Source: a virus
Taxonomy: Duplodnaviria > Caudoviricetes
Direction: 5' to 3' (one strand)
Length of the DNA stretch: 64,000 nucleotides
Virus record (IMG/VR): IMGVR_UViG_3300025141_000018
This document shows positions 47,737 through 57,514 of the stretch, piece after piece. The first letter of the stretch is position 1. Every line of letters starts with the position of its first letter. Position numbers and translations under genes: made by a program. Under the pieces are notes generated by a model. That model was not told where the DNA came from. It saw only the letters and a program-made list of their open reading frames with translations, and ran no database searches.

Positions 47737-49369
47737 TTATAATTTTGTTTTTGAAAAAGACGATGTTGGTAATTTTTTAAAAAATAATCCTTTTGTTTTT
47801 AGCGTAGAAAATAACCAGGTTAATTACATAAAAAGAGCAACTGAGGTATTTTTTTATAAAATTAATTATGGAGCATATAGAAATCATAAAAATTACAATA
47901 CTATTAAAAATATTACTCACCATCATATAAATTTTAATATAACAGATTTAGAAGATTTACCAGAAAAAGATTATTGTTATTATTATATATCTTTTAATGT
48001 AATGTATGGTATGTTTCTACCACAAGGCTATGCTTCTAATAAAAGTAATGTAGAAAAAACAAGTAAAGAAGAAATTTTATCAACTTTGGAGAATAATTGT
48101 AAGTTTATTCTTCCAGATAAAATTAAAAAATTATTAGATAAAGATAAATGTAAAATTATTTTAGATACTTCCAAAGAAGGGGTCGGACATATCTTACAAT
48201 GGGATAAATTTTTTAAACTTACAAATTTAACACCTAATCAAGTTATACATACAACTGGAGATGTTTTATTAGGAAGTAACATTAGTATTCCGACTACATT
48301 TTATAATCAATGGGAAAGAAGCGTTGCAACATTATCATTTTCAAGACACCAGGAAGTAATACATAAATTAAAAGAATTAATATTAACTAAAGAGAAACGA
48401 AAATGGTATGGTTTATGTCTAAACAGAGTTACAAAACCCCACAGAATAGAAATTTGTAAATTTGCTGCCGAAAATTTACCAAATAAAATAGATTATAGTT
48501 TTGGTTTGTTTAGTTGGAATACTTCGTTTGAACGAGATAAACAAACCGACAAGCCGTTAGATACCGCATTGTTTCAAGAATGGAAATATCGTATAGCCAA
48601 TGATACTGCTAGTTATTTTGCAACTCCAGCCGATGTTAAAGAATATTTTACATGGTTATCTGAACACGACGAAAAATCCAGTGATTTAGAACCCAACATA
48701 CCATTTAGTCGTAATATGGTAACTTTTTTTAATCATAATTCATATTATAATTCTTATTTTAGTATTGTATGTGAAACATTTTATGAACAACAAGGTGCCT
48801 TGTTTGTATCTGAAAAAATTTTTAAACCTATAGCATATTTACAACCATTTATTGTAATTGGCCAAGCATATGTTATAGAATATATGAGGCATTTAGGGTA
48901 TGATGTATTTGATGATATAATAGATCATTCATATGATAAAATAGTAAATCCTAGACATAGAATGGATAAAATAAAAGAAGAATTAATTAGACTATGTCGT
49001 ATATCATTAGACCAATGGTCTGATATTTTACATCATATATTTCCTAGATTATATAGCAATTATCATCATTTAAATTTAGCATTTTATAGAGATGATAAAT
49101 TTCATATGCCTGTTCATGTAAATGAACCAAAATATTACGAACCAATACATTCTTTTGAAACAAAAGAAAAGTATAGAAAATTATCTAGTTTGCTTAATTC
49201 TAAAGTAGAACTATCTAACTCATTTTATTCGTCGTTGTATTCTAATATGGAATATGCCAATTCGACAGCCAGGACATACACTAATGAAATATATAATTAT
49301 CTTTCATTAAATAAAAACATAACTAATTCTTATTATAATAAAAACTATAATTATGATAGAACAACATAA
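47729..49369 (+). CDS. GT10-like glycosyltransferase, paralogue 1
   Basis: C-terminal YFSIVCET...SEKIFKPIAYLQPFIVIG...DVFDDIIDHSYD block shared with three other genes. E-x-TEK resembles the GT10 donor-binding motif. Confidence 0.55.
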   Translation: MHNYNFVFEKDDVGNFLKNNPFVFSVENNQVNYIKRATEVFFYKINYGAYRNHKNYNTIKNITHHHINFNITDLEDLPEKDYCYYYISFNVMYGMFLPQGYASNKSNVEKTSKEEILSTLENNCKFILPDKIKKLLDKDKCKIILDTSKEGVGHILQWDKFFKLTNLTPNQVIHTTGDVLLGSNISIPTTFYNQWERSVATLSFSRHQEVIHKLKELILTKEKRKWYGLCLNRVTKPHRIEICKFAAENLPNKIDYSFGLFSWNTSFERDKQTDKPLDTALFQEWKYRIANDTASYFATPADVKEYFTWLSEHDEKSSDLEPNIPFSRNMVTFFNHNSYYNSYFSIVCETFYEQQGALFVSEKIFKPIAYLQPFIVIGQAYVIEYMRHLGYDVFDDIIDHSYDKIVNPRHRMDKIKEELIRLCRISLDQWSDILHHIFPRLYSNYHHLNLAFYRDDKFHMPVHVNEPKYYEPIHSFETKEKYRKLSSLLNSKVELSNSFYSSLYSNMEYANSTARTYTNEIYNYLSLNKNITNSYYNKNYNYDRTT

Positions 49370-49850
49370 ATGTTTAATTATTATTGATCCGTGGGCTCGG
49401 CATGGTCCTGGAGAAACATATACAAAAATAATTTTATTATTAGAAAAAATAAAATATCCTGTTGTTATGGTTAATTATGACGAACCGCCTTATACATATA
49501 TAGAACGAGCATGTAGAAATGGTACTAATCAAATGCCATATAATAACGGGGTTGATAGTTATAATTATAGCAATAGAATAACAACAAATGATGAGTCAAT
49601 TTTTTTGCGTTTTTTAATGCATAATAATATAACAGAATTATACTATTGTGGTGTTAGTTTTCCTGGTTGTGTTTGGCATCGACAATTAGGTATGCAATAC
49701 ATGAAAGATAAATTTAAATGTAATGTTGTAATTGATTTATGTGATAATAATTATACGCAAGGATCAACTGTTGATAAAATACATGCCCAATATAAATTTG
49801 CCAAATTTAGGAATATTCCTGTAAAACATTCAAATGAAATATATTCATAA
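49353..49850 (+). CDS. Isochorismatase/nicotinamidase-superfamily cysteine hydrolase
   Basis: LIIIDPW (catalytic Asp) and LYYCGVSFPGCV (catalytic Cys) pattern. Confidence 0.55.
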   Translation: MIEQHKCLIIIDPWARHGPGETYTKIILLLEKIKYPVVMVNYDEPPYTYIERACRNGTNQMPYNNGVDSYNYSNRITTNDESIFLRFLMHNNITELYYCGVSFPGCVWHRQLGMQYMKDKFKCNVVIDLCDNNYTQGSTVDKIHAQYKFAKFRNIPVKHSNEIYS

Positions 49851-51090
49851 TAAATTTTATTATTATTTTAAGAAATCAACAACAAATTATAATATTTTAG
49901 GACGTGGATATTTCGGAAATCCTATTCAAGAATCTTTTTATTATGATGCAATTCCTCAATATCAAATACCTAAAGATAAGTATTCTTTAATGTTTTGCAT
50001 AAATCATAAAAAAATAAATGAATGGATAGATAATAAATTTAAAAAAATATCGTTATCAAATAATATTATTGATGACGTTAATAATGATAAATGTAACATT
50101 TTATTAAATCATAGCCACGAACCTTTTAATAATTTGCCTTTTGATCAAATAAAAAATCAATTTATAAATGTAAAGCAAGATAATTTAATATGGATAACAG
50201 GCGATAGTAATTTAAATATGTCTAATGAAATATCATCAACTTGGACAAATATTTTTGAAAGATTAACATATATGTTATTTCAAGGAAGTAACATAGCTAG
50301 AGAAGATTGGGTAGAATTGTTAGTGCAACAACATAACCGAATAACAAATAGAACTAATAGAAAACATAAATTATTATTATATATGCGTCGTCCTAAACCA
50401 TGGAGGATTGCATTAATGAGTAAAATGTTTGAAAATAGTCTTGTTGAATCACAAGAAACAATCATATCCTGGGGAGGATCTTCTGGTAGCGGGTATAAAG
50501 AAACAACAAAATCTTCATGGGCTACATCATTAGATAGTATTAGAAATATTAATACTACTTGTTCCCAACAAGTATTGGATAAAATTTTAGATATTCAACA
50601 TCCAATAAAATTAATAGGAAAAGAAAAAGTATTTCCTGACTTTACTATAGGTAAAAATCATAATTATCTTGTTTCGTCTATAGCAACTCCTTCACCGACA
50701 TTAGATATAAACGATGTTGTTAATACATATTTTCAAATAGTATCTGAGGCCAGAATAGATAATAATATAGGTTTTATAACAGAAAAAATATATAAAACAA
50801 TAGCAAGTATGCAACCATTTGTAATTTTTGGACCACCTAATACAGTAACATTTTTAGAAAATCAAGGATATAAAATTAAAAATAATTTTATAGATCATAG
50901 TTACGATAAAATAGAAACAACAGAAAAAAGATTTAATGCATTATGGGCTGAAATCGAAAGATTAATGAAATTATCTCATAAGGAATGGGCAGATATTTTA
51001 TATAATTTGTTACCAGACTTACTATACAATATTAATAATTTTCAGAAATGTTTTCATAGATTATATAATGAAAAATATATTGCAGAATAA
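49834..51090 (+). CDS. GT10-like glycosyltransferase, paralogue 2
   Basis: YFQIVSE...ITEKIYK.I...QPFVIFG...IDHSYD block. Confidence 0.55.
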   Translation: MKYIHNKFYYYFKKSTTNYNILGRGYFGNPIQESFYYDAIPQYQIPKDKYSLMFCINHKKINEWIDNKFKKISLSNNIIDDVNNDKCNILLNHSHEPFNNLPFDQIKNQFINVKQDNLIWITGDSNLNMSNEISSTWTNIFERLTYMLFQGSNIAREDWVELLVQQHNRITNRTNRKHKLLLYMRRPKPWRIALMSKMFENSLVESQETIISWGGSSGSGYKETTKSSWATSLDSIRNINTTCSQQVLDKILDIQHPIKLIGKEKVFPDFTIGKNHNYLVSSIATPSPTLDINDVVNTYFQIVSEARIDNNIGFITEKIYKTIASMQPFVIFGPPNTVTFLENQGYKIKNNFIDHSYDKIETTEKRFNALWAEIERLMKLSHKEWADILYNLLPDLLYNINNFQKCFHRLYNEKYIAE

Positions 51091-51829
51091 TACAATCGTT
51101 TTAACACAAATCCGTTCCGGAGGTACTGTTTTAGACTCGTTATTATCTCTCATTCATAAGAAAAAAAATATAGAATTTCATAATTTTTGGCAATATGTTC
51201 CTGATGCAGGTTCGCCTAAAGAATTGGAACAGCAATTTGAAAAAATATATGATAAAATTGCATTATTAAATGTAAAATGGAATATTCGATTAATAATACC
51301 AGAATTAATAAATTTAAATAATGAAGGATATATTACAACGCCAGTGATATCAAAATTATTTAAAAAATTAATAACACCAGCAGTAAAAATTTTTTTATAT
51401 AGACAAGATATTGAGGATTGGTTTTTAAGTTATATAATTGCCGAAAAAACACAAGTATTTCATGTTAATGATATTAATAATAATTTAAATTTAGATAAAT
51501 CTTTTGATGTAAATGAAAACGAAATAATAAAATTTTTAGATACATTATTATTAACAAAAAATGTTTTTAATTTAATTGAAGATGATAAAACAGTATATAT
51601 AGAATATAATGATCTATTAAATAAAAAAATATTTTGTGAAGAATTAGGTATAACATTTACTGATAATGATAACACGTTTTTAGAAACAGATAATAATGGA
51701 TATCCAGTTAAAAAATTATATAGTAAAAATGAAAAAATAAATAGAATTAACAACTGGTCTAAAATTTCAAAAATTTTACATAATTATTGTAATTACCTCG
51801 GTTTTAACAATTCTTTTTTTTATGATTAA
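51068..51829 (+). CDS. Sulfotransferase (Stf0-like)
   Basis: IVLTQIRSGGT 5-prime-phosphosulfate-binding-like loop, and IFLYRQDIEDWFLSYIIA motif. Confidence 0.6.
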   Translation: MKNILQNNTIVLTQIRSGGTVLDSLLSLIHKKKNIEFHNFWQYVPDAGSPKELEQQFEKIYDKIALLNVKWNIRLIIPELINLNNEGYITTPVISKLFKKLITPAVKIFLYRQDIEDWFLSYIIAEKTQVFHVNDINNNLNLDKSFDVNENEIIKFLDTLLLTKNVFNLIEDDKTVYIEYNDLLNKKIFCEELGITFTDNDNTFLETDNNGYPVKKLYSKNEKINRINNWSKISKILHNYCNYLGFNNSFFYD

Positions 51830-52643
51830 AAATTGGCAAGAGCTATCATTTACTATAAAAGAACAACCTCGTTTTTATTCAGATTTTGATTTTGATTTTA
51901 CAGTAGAAAATGATATAATGAATATTAACATAAAAGCGAATCCTAGATGGGAAAATGTATTATCTGGTGATTTAAAAAATACATGGCAACCTTTGGAAAT
52001 ATTTGAAAATGCCGTTAGCTATGGTTATGTTCCTTCCTTTGGTCATGTTGGTCGTATAATTAGGTTAGATTCTAATATAGGTTGGATTAATATACCAAAA
52101 AATGCAAGCACTTCAATACGTAAAATAACAAACAGTTTTCGAACAGAAGGAATAGAAACAAAAGTTGAATGGCTTTTAAAATATAAAGATTATAAATTAT
52201 TTGCAGTATTACGAGATCCAATAGATAGGTTAAAATCAGGATTCAAACAATATATTGTAGAAAATCAATTTTTAATTCATAATATGAATCATTTTAAGAA
52301 AAATATTGATAAAATTTTTTCTTATCCGAGAGATCCCCACATGCTCCCAAATTTTGTTTTTTTTAATAAATTAAAATTAAATGATATACATTTTATAATT
52401 GGTTTAGATAATGTTGATGTTAAAGTAATCAGTTGGTTAAAAAAACAAAACTTAGAAGTAGACAAAACAATATTTGAAAAAGTGTATGAAAACAACGCAA
52501 TAAATAACAATAGAAAATCTGATTTTAAACCAATTATTGATAATTATATTGATACATTGGATGACAGTAGCGTATTAGCAAAGTTAATAAAAAAAGATTA
52601 CGAATTTTTAAATATTATTAAAGAAAAATATTATGATTCTTAA
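51822..52643 (+). CDS. Sulfotransferase family 2-like
   Basis: WINIPKNASTSIR (PSB loop) and FAVLRDPIDRLKSG (PB motif). Confidence 0.75.
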   Translation: MIKNWQELSFTIKEQPRFYSDFDFDFTVENDIMNINIKANPRWENVLSGDLKNTWQPLEIFENAVSYGYVPSFGHVGRIIRLDSNIGWINIPKNASTSIRKITNSFRTEGIETKVEWLLKYKDYKLFAVLRDPIDRLKSGFKQYIVENQFLIHNMNHFKKNIDKIFSYPRDPHMLPNFVFFNKLKLNDIHFIIGLDNVDVKVISWLKKQNLEVDKTIFEKVYENNAINNNRKSDFKPIIDNYIDTLDDSSVLAKLIKKDYEFLNIIKEKYYDS

Positions 52644-53313
52644 AACTTTCGGTTGTAGCCACACATTTGGTTCTGAATTAACAGATCCAAGTAAAACCTC
52701 ATGGCCAATTTTATTAGGTAAAAAATTAAATTTACCTGTAGAAAACCGGGGCGCCCCAGGGAATGCTAACGAGCATATAATTCATAATGCTATAACAGAA
52801 TCTCCTGCTGATAAACAAGCAACAATTATTATATTAACAAGTCATGCACGTAGAGTTTATTGGCCAGAAACAGAACTAGAATGTCTAAAACTGAAGCCAC
52901 GCAAAAATGGAGAAAAAGAATATAGATCTTATTACGCAGAACCCAATCGAGTACTAGATAGCAGTTGGCAAAATTTTTTAGCTCGACGCAAAAATGGAGA
53001 GAAAGAATGGAACTATGGGTCAACACGGACCGAAGTATATCCGTTATGGCTTAAATATCATTATGATATATCGGCTGTGATAAAATACCATCGATTTTTA
53101 TTTAATTCATGTATAGAGTTACTAAAAGCTAGAGGGCATATTGTATATATTTTTAATGCGGGTAGTCGTATAGTTGAAAATGAATATAATAGCCTCTTGT
53201 TCACGCAAATGGGACGACAAAATAATTTTCCTAGGGGACCAGGCAAGCATTATTTGGAAGAACTGCATGAGGCTTGGTCCGATCATGTTTATGAAATTAT
53301 AAATGAAAAATAA
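52633..53313 (+). CDS. SGNH/GDSL hydrolase-like protein
   Basis: FGCSHTFG block I, NRGAPGNAN block II, C-terminal His (GKHY). Confidence 0.6.
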   Translation: MILKTFGCSHTFGSELTDPSKTSWPILLGKKLNLPVENRGAPGNANEHIIHNAITESPADKQATIIILTSHARRVYWPETELECLKLKPRKNGEKEYRSYYAEPNRVLDSSWQNFLARRKNGEKEWNYGSTRTEVYPLWLKYHYDISAVIKYHRFLFNSCIELLKARGHIVYIFNAGSRIVENEYNSLLFTQMGRQNNFPRGPGKHYLEELHEAWSDHVYEIINEK

Positions 53314-54037
53314 AAATATAATTATATTAACATATCCTAGAACAGGAGGAAATCTTTTAGATAGTTTGTTATTATCTAATGTTTATTTAAATGACCAATC
53401 AATACATTATCATACTGAATTTAATGTAAAAACTAGAGGTTTTTCGAAAACACATTGGGAGAAATATATTAGTACTAATAAAAAAAGTAATTTTTTGTGT
53501 AGAATACATTACCCAAACAAACATTTTTTTTCTGTGAAAAATTCTTTTTTTATATTATTATATAGAACGGATATATTAGATTGGTTTCTGAGTAAAATAA
53601 TAGCTGGAAGAACAGGAGTATTTCAATATAGAAATAAACATAAAATACCAGACGATATCCTTGTTGATCCTACAGAAAATGATATACGCAGAGAAATAAC
53701 TAGATTGAGGGATTTTTCAAAATTTTATAAAAAAAATAAAGAAAAAATAGATTTAATAATAGATTATGATACACATTTAAAAACAGATAAATGTAAATTT
53801 GAATTTTTTAAAAAATCTATTTTTTGGCAAAAAGAACAAATAAATTATGATAATGAATTTAAAAAAATGTTAGAACTTGCAACCTCAGGAACTAGCAGGA
53901 ACGATAATCGCCCATTACTTAAATATCTTTCTTTTGAAGAAAAAAAGAAAAAAATATTAAATTGGGATGAGTTTATATCCAAATTTACTAAAATTGCTTT
54001 TGATTTTGGTTTTTCTAATTTAAAATTTAATTTATAG
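53303..54037 (+). CDS. Sulfotransferase (Stf0-like), paralogue of 51068
   Basis: IILTYPRTGGNLLDSLL and LLYRTDILDWFLSKIIA motifs. Confidence 0.6.
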   Translation: MKNKNIIILTYPRTGGNLLDSLLLSNVYLNDQSIHYHTEFNVKTRGFSKTHWEKYISTNKKSNFLCRIHYPNKHFFSVKNSFFILLYRTDILDWFLSKIIAGRTGVFQYRNKHKIPDDILVDPTENDIRREITRLRDFSKFYKKNKEKIDLIIDYDTHLKTDKCKFEFFKKSIFWQKEQINYDNEFKKMLELATSGTSRNDNRPLLKYLSFEEKKKKILNWDEFISKFTKIAFDFGFSNLKFNL

Positions 54038-54046
54038 AAAAATGTA

Positions 54047-55390
54047 ATGCTTGTAACTTACCCTAATTTTTTTAAAATTTATATAGATAAACAACTAAGT
54101 GGTTCTACCTTAGATTTTTATAAAAAAATACTGTTATCGTATAGTTATGCTAATCCCTTAGATAAAAATGTTCCGCAACCAGGCATTATTTTTAAAGATA
54201 TTGATGATAATTTTTTAATATTTGATCTTCTTAATACTTCTGGGACTACAGATGTTACTCTAGATAAAAAAATTAACGAAAATCCTTTTAAATTTTTTTA
54301 TATTGATTTTTCTAGACTCATGATGCTTTTTCATTTTAGATCATCTAATACAATGAACCCTTTTTTAGAATGTTTAAGATTTGAGGTAACAGACGAAGTA
54401 AAAACTATATTAAACAATAATACAGGAAAAATTTTAATAGATACCTCGACAGAGTGTATAAGAATGAAATATTTTAATTGGAAGTATTTTTTTAATCTTA
54501 CTAAATTAAAACCTGAAAATTTTATTCTTATATCAGGTAACGCATCTAATCAAGTTGTAGCCAACACGATTATTCCTACAATATACAGAAATACTTGGGA
54601 ACGGCGTACATTACATAATCATGGTTTGTATGATTTTGAAGTTGAAGTAAAAGTTGAACATATAATACATAGAAAACTTCCTAGATGGCATGCATTATGT
54701 TTAAATAGGATAACTAAAATTCATAGAATTTATATATCTAACTTTATTAGTAAACATGGAAATTTAAGAAATAAAATAAATTATAGTTTTGGTTTAATTA
54801 AACCAGGAGAACATGAACATATTAAAAGCAAACCAGAAATTGATTCAGAAAAATGGAATCCGTGGATCAAAAATATAGAACATGAATGGTCTAATGTGTT
54901 TTCTGAACCGTTCGATGAAATAGAAAAATGGATGGTGTACCATCAAGAAAAATACCCAGAAGGTGATACTTTGGCTAATCATTCAATTAATATGAATACT
55001 CAAATGTGTGCAGAAAACTATTATGATTCTGTTTTTAATATTGTTACTGAATCATTTATATCAGCTGGCGAAGTTTTTTTAACAGAGAAAATATTTAAAC
55101 CTATAATATGGCATCAACCTTTTATAATTATAGGAAATCCAGGATCTATTGAATTTTTAAGAACAGACGGATTTGATGTATTTGATGATATAATCGACCA
55201 TTCATATGATAATATAATAGAAGTACCAGAAAGATTTGAATATATTAAAAAAGAGATAATTCGATTATGTGATATACCAATAAGTGACTGGGTTGAGATT
55301 CTTTATCGTATACTACCTAGACTTAGAAAAAATTACAGTTTATTTAGAAGTGCTTCATCAAGACATAACATAGGAAATGAAATGTTATGA
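54047..55390 (+). CDS. GT10-like glycosyltransferase, paralogue 3
   Basis: WHALCLNRITKIHR...FNIVTE...LTEKIFKPIIWHQPFIIIG...DVFDDIIDHSYD. Confidence 0.55.
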   Translation: MLVTYPNFFKIYIDKQLSGSTLDFYKKILLSYSYANPLDKNVPQPGIIFKDIDDNFLIFDLLNTSGTTDVTLDKKINENPFKFFYIDFSRLMMLFHFRSSNTMNPFLECLRFEVTDEVKTILNNNTGKILIDTSTECIRMKYFNWKYFFNLTKLKPENFILISGNASNQVVANTIIPTIYRNTWERRTLHNHGLYDFEVEVKVEHIIHRKLPRWHALCLNRITKIHRIYISNFISKHGNLRNKINYSFGLIKPGEHEHIKSKPEIDSEKWNPWIKNIEHEWSNVFSEPFDEIEKWMVYHQEKYPEGDTLANHSINMNTQMCAENYYDSVFNIVTESFISAGEVFLTEKIFKPIIWHQPFIIIGNPGSIEFLRTDGFDVFDDIIDHSYDNIIEVPERFEYIKKEIIRLCDIPISDWVEILYRILPRLRKNYSLFRSASSRHNIGNEML

Positions 55391-56136
55391 ACCATAAATT
55401 TGTGTATATTGGTCCAAGTTGGGCTAAATTGAGCTATGACACTAGGCACGGCGATGAAAAGACTTCAACTAATTTATTAAAATTATGGAAATTAACTAAT
55501 AACGCCGTTGATTTAACAAGGAAAAGCGCCGGTCCAACCGGTGCATTAAAATTATTACAAACAAGTCCGGCGTGCCGCCCCCAACTGCAAGAGTTAAAAT
55601 TACCTATTATATATGTAACTTGTGAACCATTAACAGATATGGAGAGAGTCGATCTGTTTAAAAAAAATAAACACAGAAAACATTATAAGGTCGATCATAA
55701 TTATGATTATATAGCACACGAAAAAGATATAATGAAATTTAGAAAACAATTATTAAAATCAGTATACAAAGAATTAAATTTGCTTGGTGTTAGAATAGGA
55801 ATAATAGGCGCTCATACTGATTGTGAAAATGAAGAAAATATTTATGAAAATATAACAGTACTAGATAGAAGTTGGCAAAATTTTTTAGCTCGAGAAGCAG
55901 GTATATCTGAACGTAAATACAATTGGGGTGCAGAAGTATTTCATAGGCATATACATCATAGTAGCAATAATCCCATTGATCGTCAAACAGTAATTGATGT
56001 AAGTAATCAATTTAAATTTTGGCGTGAATTAGAAGATGCTAAATTGATGTGTTGGTGCCATCCAACAACATTAGGTAATAAACTTTATGCAGAATATACA
56101 TATAATAAGGTAATAGATTTTATAAACGAATATTAA
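55387..56136 (+). CDS. Divergent SGNH-like protein
   Basis: YIGPSWA block-I-like motif and C-terminal CHPTTLGN. Confidence 0.45.
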   Translation: MNHKFVYIGPSWAKLSYDTRHGDEKTSTNLLKLWKLTNNAVDLTRKSAGPTGALKLLQTSPACRPQLQELKLPIIYVTCEPLTDMERVDLFKKNKHRKHYKVDHNYDYIAHEKDIMKFRKQLLKSVYKELNLLGVRIGIIGAHTDCENEENIYENITVLDRSWQNFLAREAGISERKYNWGAEVFHRHIHHSSNNPIDRQTVIDVSNQFKFWRELEDAKLMCWCHPTTLGNKLYAEYTYNKVIDFINEY

Positions 56137-56138
56137 AT

Positions 56139-56687
56139 ATGGCCAAACATCAAGGATTAGTAGTAGTAGATGCATGGGATTATGATGCTTATATTAAAAA
56201 ACGTAATGAAATACCGTATTCCCCTGAATGTGCTAAAGATGGTACCGAGTTTTCTATTTTTTTAAATAGAGTTTGTGAAAAAGAAAGAGCAAACGGCACA
56301 ACAATAATTTTTGATATGGGATTTAATAAACTAACAGATAAAATTACTGTTGATGAAAAAACAGATTTAATATTACCATACATGTATGAAAATAATTATA
56401 TGAATATAATACAAAAACGAGGAATTGACGAATTATATTTTTGTGGATTTCATTTTGGATTATGTATACATGATAAAATTGCCAACGTAAGTGAATTGAC
56501 TGATTATAACGGTAAATTAGGCGTTATTATAAATTTAAGTATGTTATTACCAGTCGATACATTTAAAAGAAAGTTTGAGCGTTTTCATAAACCTAATAAA
56601 CCCAGATATAAACCAAATCATGCATGGGATTATTATTTATGGACACCAAAATGTGAATTTGAAAAAATAGATATAAGTTTTCCATGA
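56139..56687 (+). CDS. Isochorismatase-superfamily cysteine hydrolase, paralogue
   Basis: LVVVDAW and LYFCGFHFGLCI. Confidence 0.55.
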   Translation: MAKHQGLVVVDAWDYDAYIKKRNEIPYSPECAKDGTEFSIFLNRVCEKERANGTTIIFDMGFNKLTDKITVDEKTDLILPYMYENNYMNIIQKRGIDELYFCGFHFGLCIHDKIANVSELTDYNGKLGVIINLSMLLPVDTFKRKFERFHKPNKPRYKPNHAWDYYLWTPKCEFEKIDISFP

Positions 56688-56691
56688 CAAT

Positions 56692-57450
56692 ATGAAAAAT
56701 ATATTTTTATATGCTAATGGGTGTAGTCGTACCTGGGGCGGCGAATTATTTCACTCATTATTTGACAAAAATGATAATTTATTGGATTGTTATAATCCAT
56801 CACCAATTAACAAAGCACGATTACAAGTTACTTGGCCTGGCATTCTATCAAAAAAATTAGGAGGGGACGGAACGACCGCCAGTTTTATAAATAATGCAAT
56901 GGGATGCGGTAGTAATGAACGTATACTTAGAACAACAACAAACTTTTTTTTAAAGAATAAACCAGATAATCCTCTTGCAATTATTCAATTTACAGATCCT
57001 ATTCGAGGAGAATATTATGATGAAGATTTAGAAAAATGGTATCCATGGAAGGATAACTGTCTTGTTCTACCGCGTAAACTTAAAAATAAACATGGTAAAT
57101 TATATAAGTGTATAGAAGAATATATGGTTCTTGTTAAATATTCAAAACAATATTACGTTCTCTATCAACAAATGTTAGCCCTACATAATTTTTTCAAATC
57201 TAATAATATACCTTATATTTTTATGAGCATTTATTTTGATCGCATAATAATTGAGGTTGAAAAAATGTGTAAAAAGGAAAAACTACCCATGGATATTTTT
57301 AATTTTATTAAAGAACCACACGGAACTATTAAACTGGATAAAGAGTATGTCTTTCCCTCAAACCATCCTAATGAAAAAGGACATATTAAAATTGCAGATA
57401 TTTTATATAATGAAATACAACTATTGGCCAAATACTGGCAGTATCATTGA
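56692..57450 (+). CDS. SGNH/GDSL hydrolase-like protein
   Basis: ANGCSRTWG, NNAMGCGSNERILR, SNHPNEKGHIKIAD. Confidence 0.7.
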   Translation: MKNIFLYANGCSRTWGGELFHSLFDKNDNLLDCYNPSPINKARLQVTWPGILSKKLGGDGTTASFINNAMGCGSNERILRTTTNFFLKNKPDNPLAIIQFTDPIRGEYYDEDLEKWYPWKDNCLVLPRKLKNKHGKLYKCIEEYMVLVKYSKQYYVLYQQMLALHNFFKSNNIPYIFMSIYFDRIIIEVEKMCKKEKLPMDIFNFIKEPHGTIKLDKEYVFPSNHPNEKGHIKIADILYNEIQLLAKYWQYH

Positions 57451-57511
57451 TTTATGTAATAATAATTATACGCAAGAATTAACTGAAAAGATAAAAATAT
57501 ATAAAGGATAA
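57446..57511 (+). pseudogene. Remnant copy of the 3-prime part of the 49353 cysteine hydrolase gene
   Basis: 57446-57485 matches 49731-49770 at 37 of 40 nt (IDLCNNNYTQ vs IDLCDNNYTQ). Confidence 0.65.
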
Positions 57512-57514
57512 ATT

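Noticed and set aside
44340-54040. Poly-A/poly-T runs as phase-variation tracts
   Set aside because: Runs of 7-9 nt are expected in DNA this AT-rich, and all affected genes are in frame.
49731-57485. 40-bp repeat pair as a DGR TR/VR pair
   Set aside because: Too short. One of the three mismatches (C/T) is not at an adenine, and there is no RT nearby.
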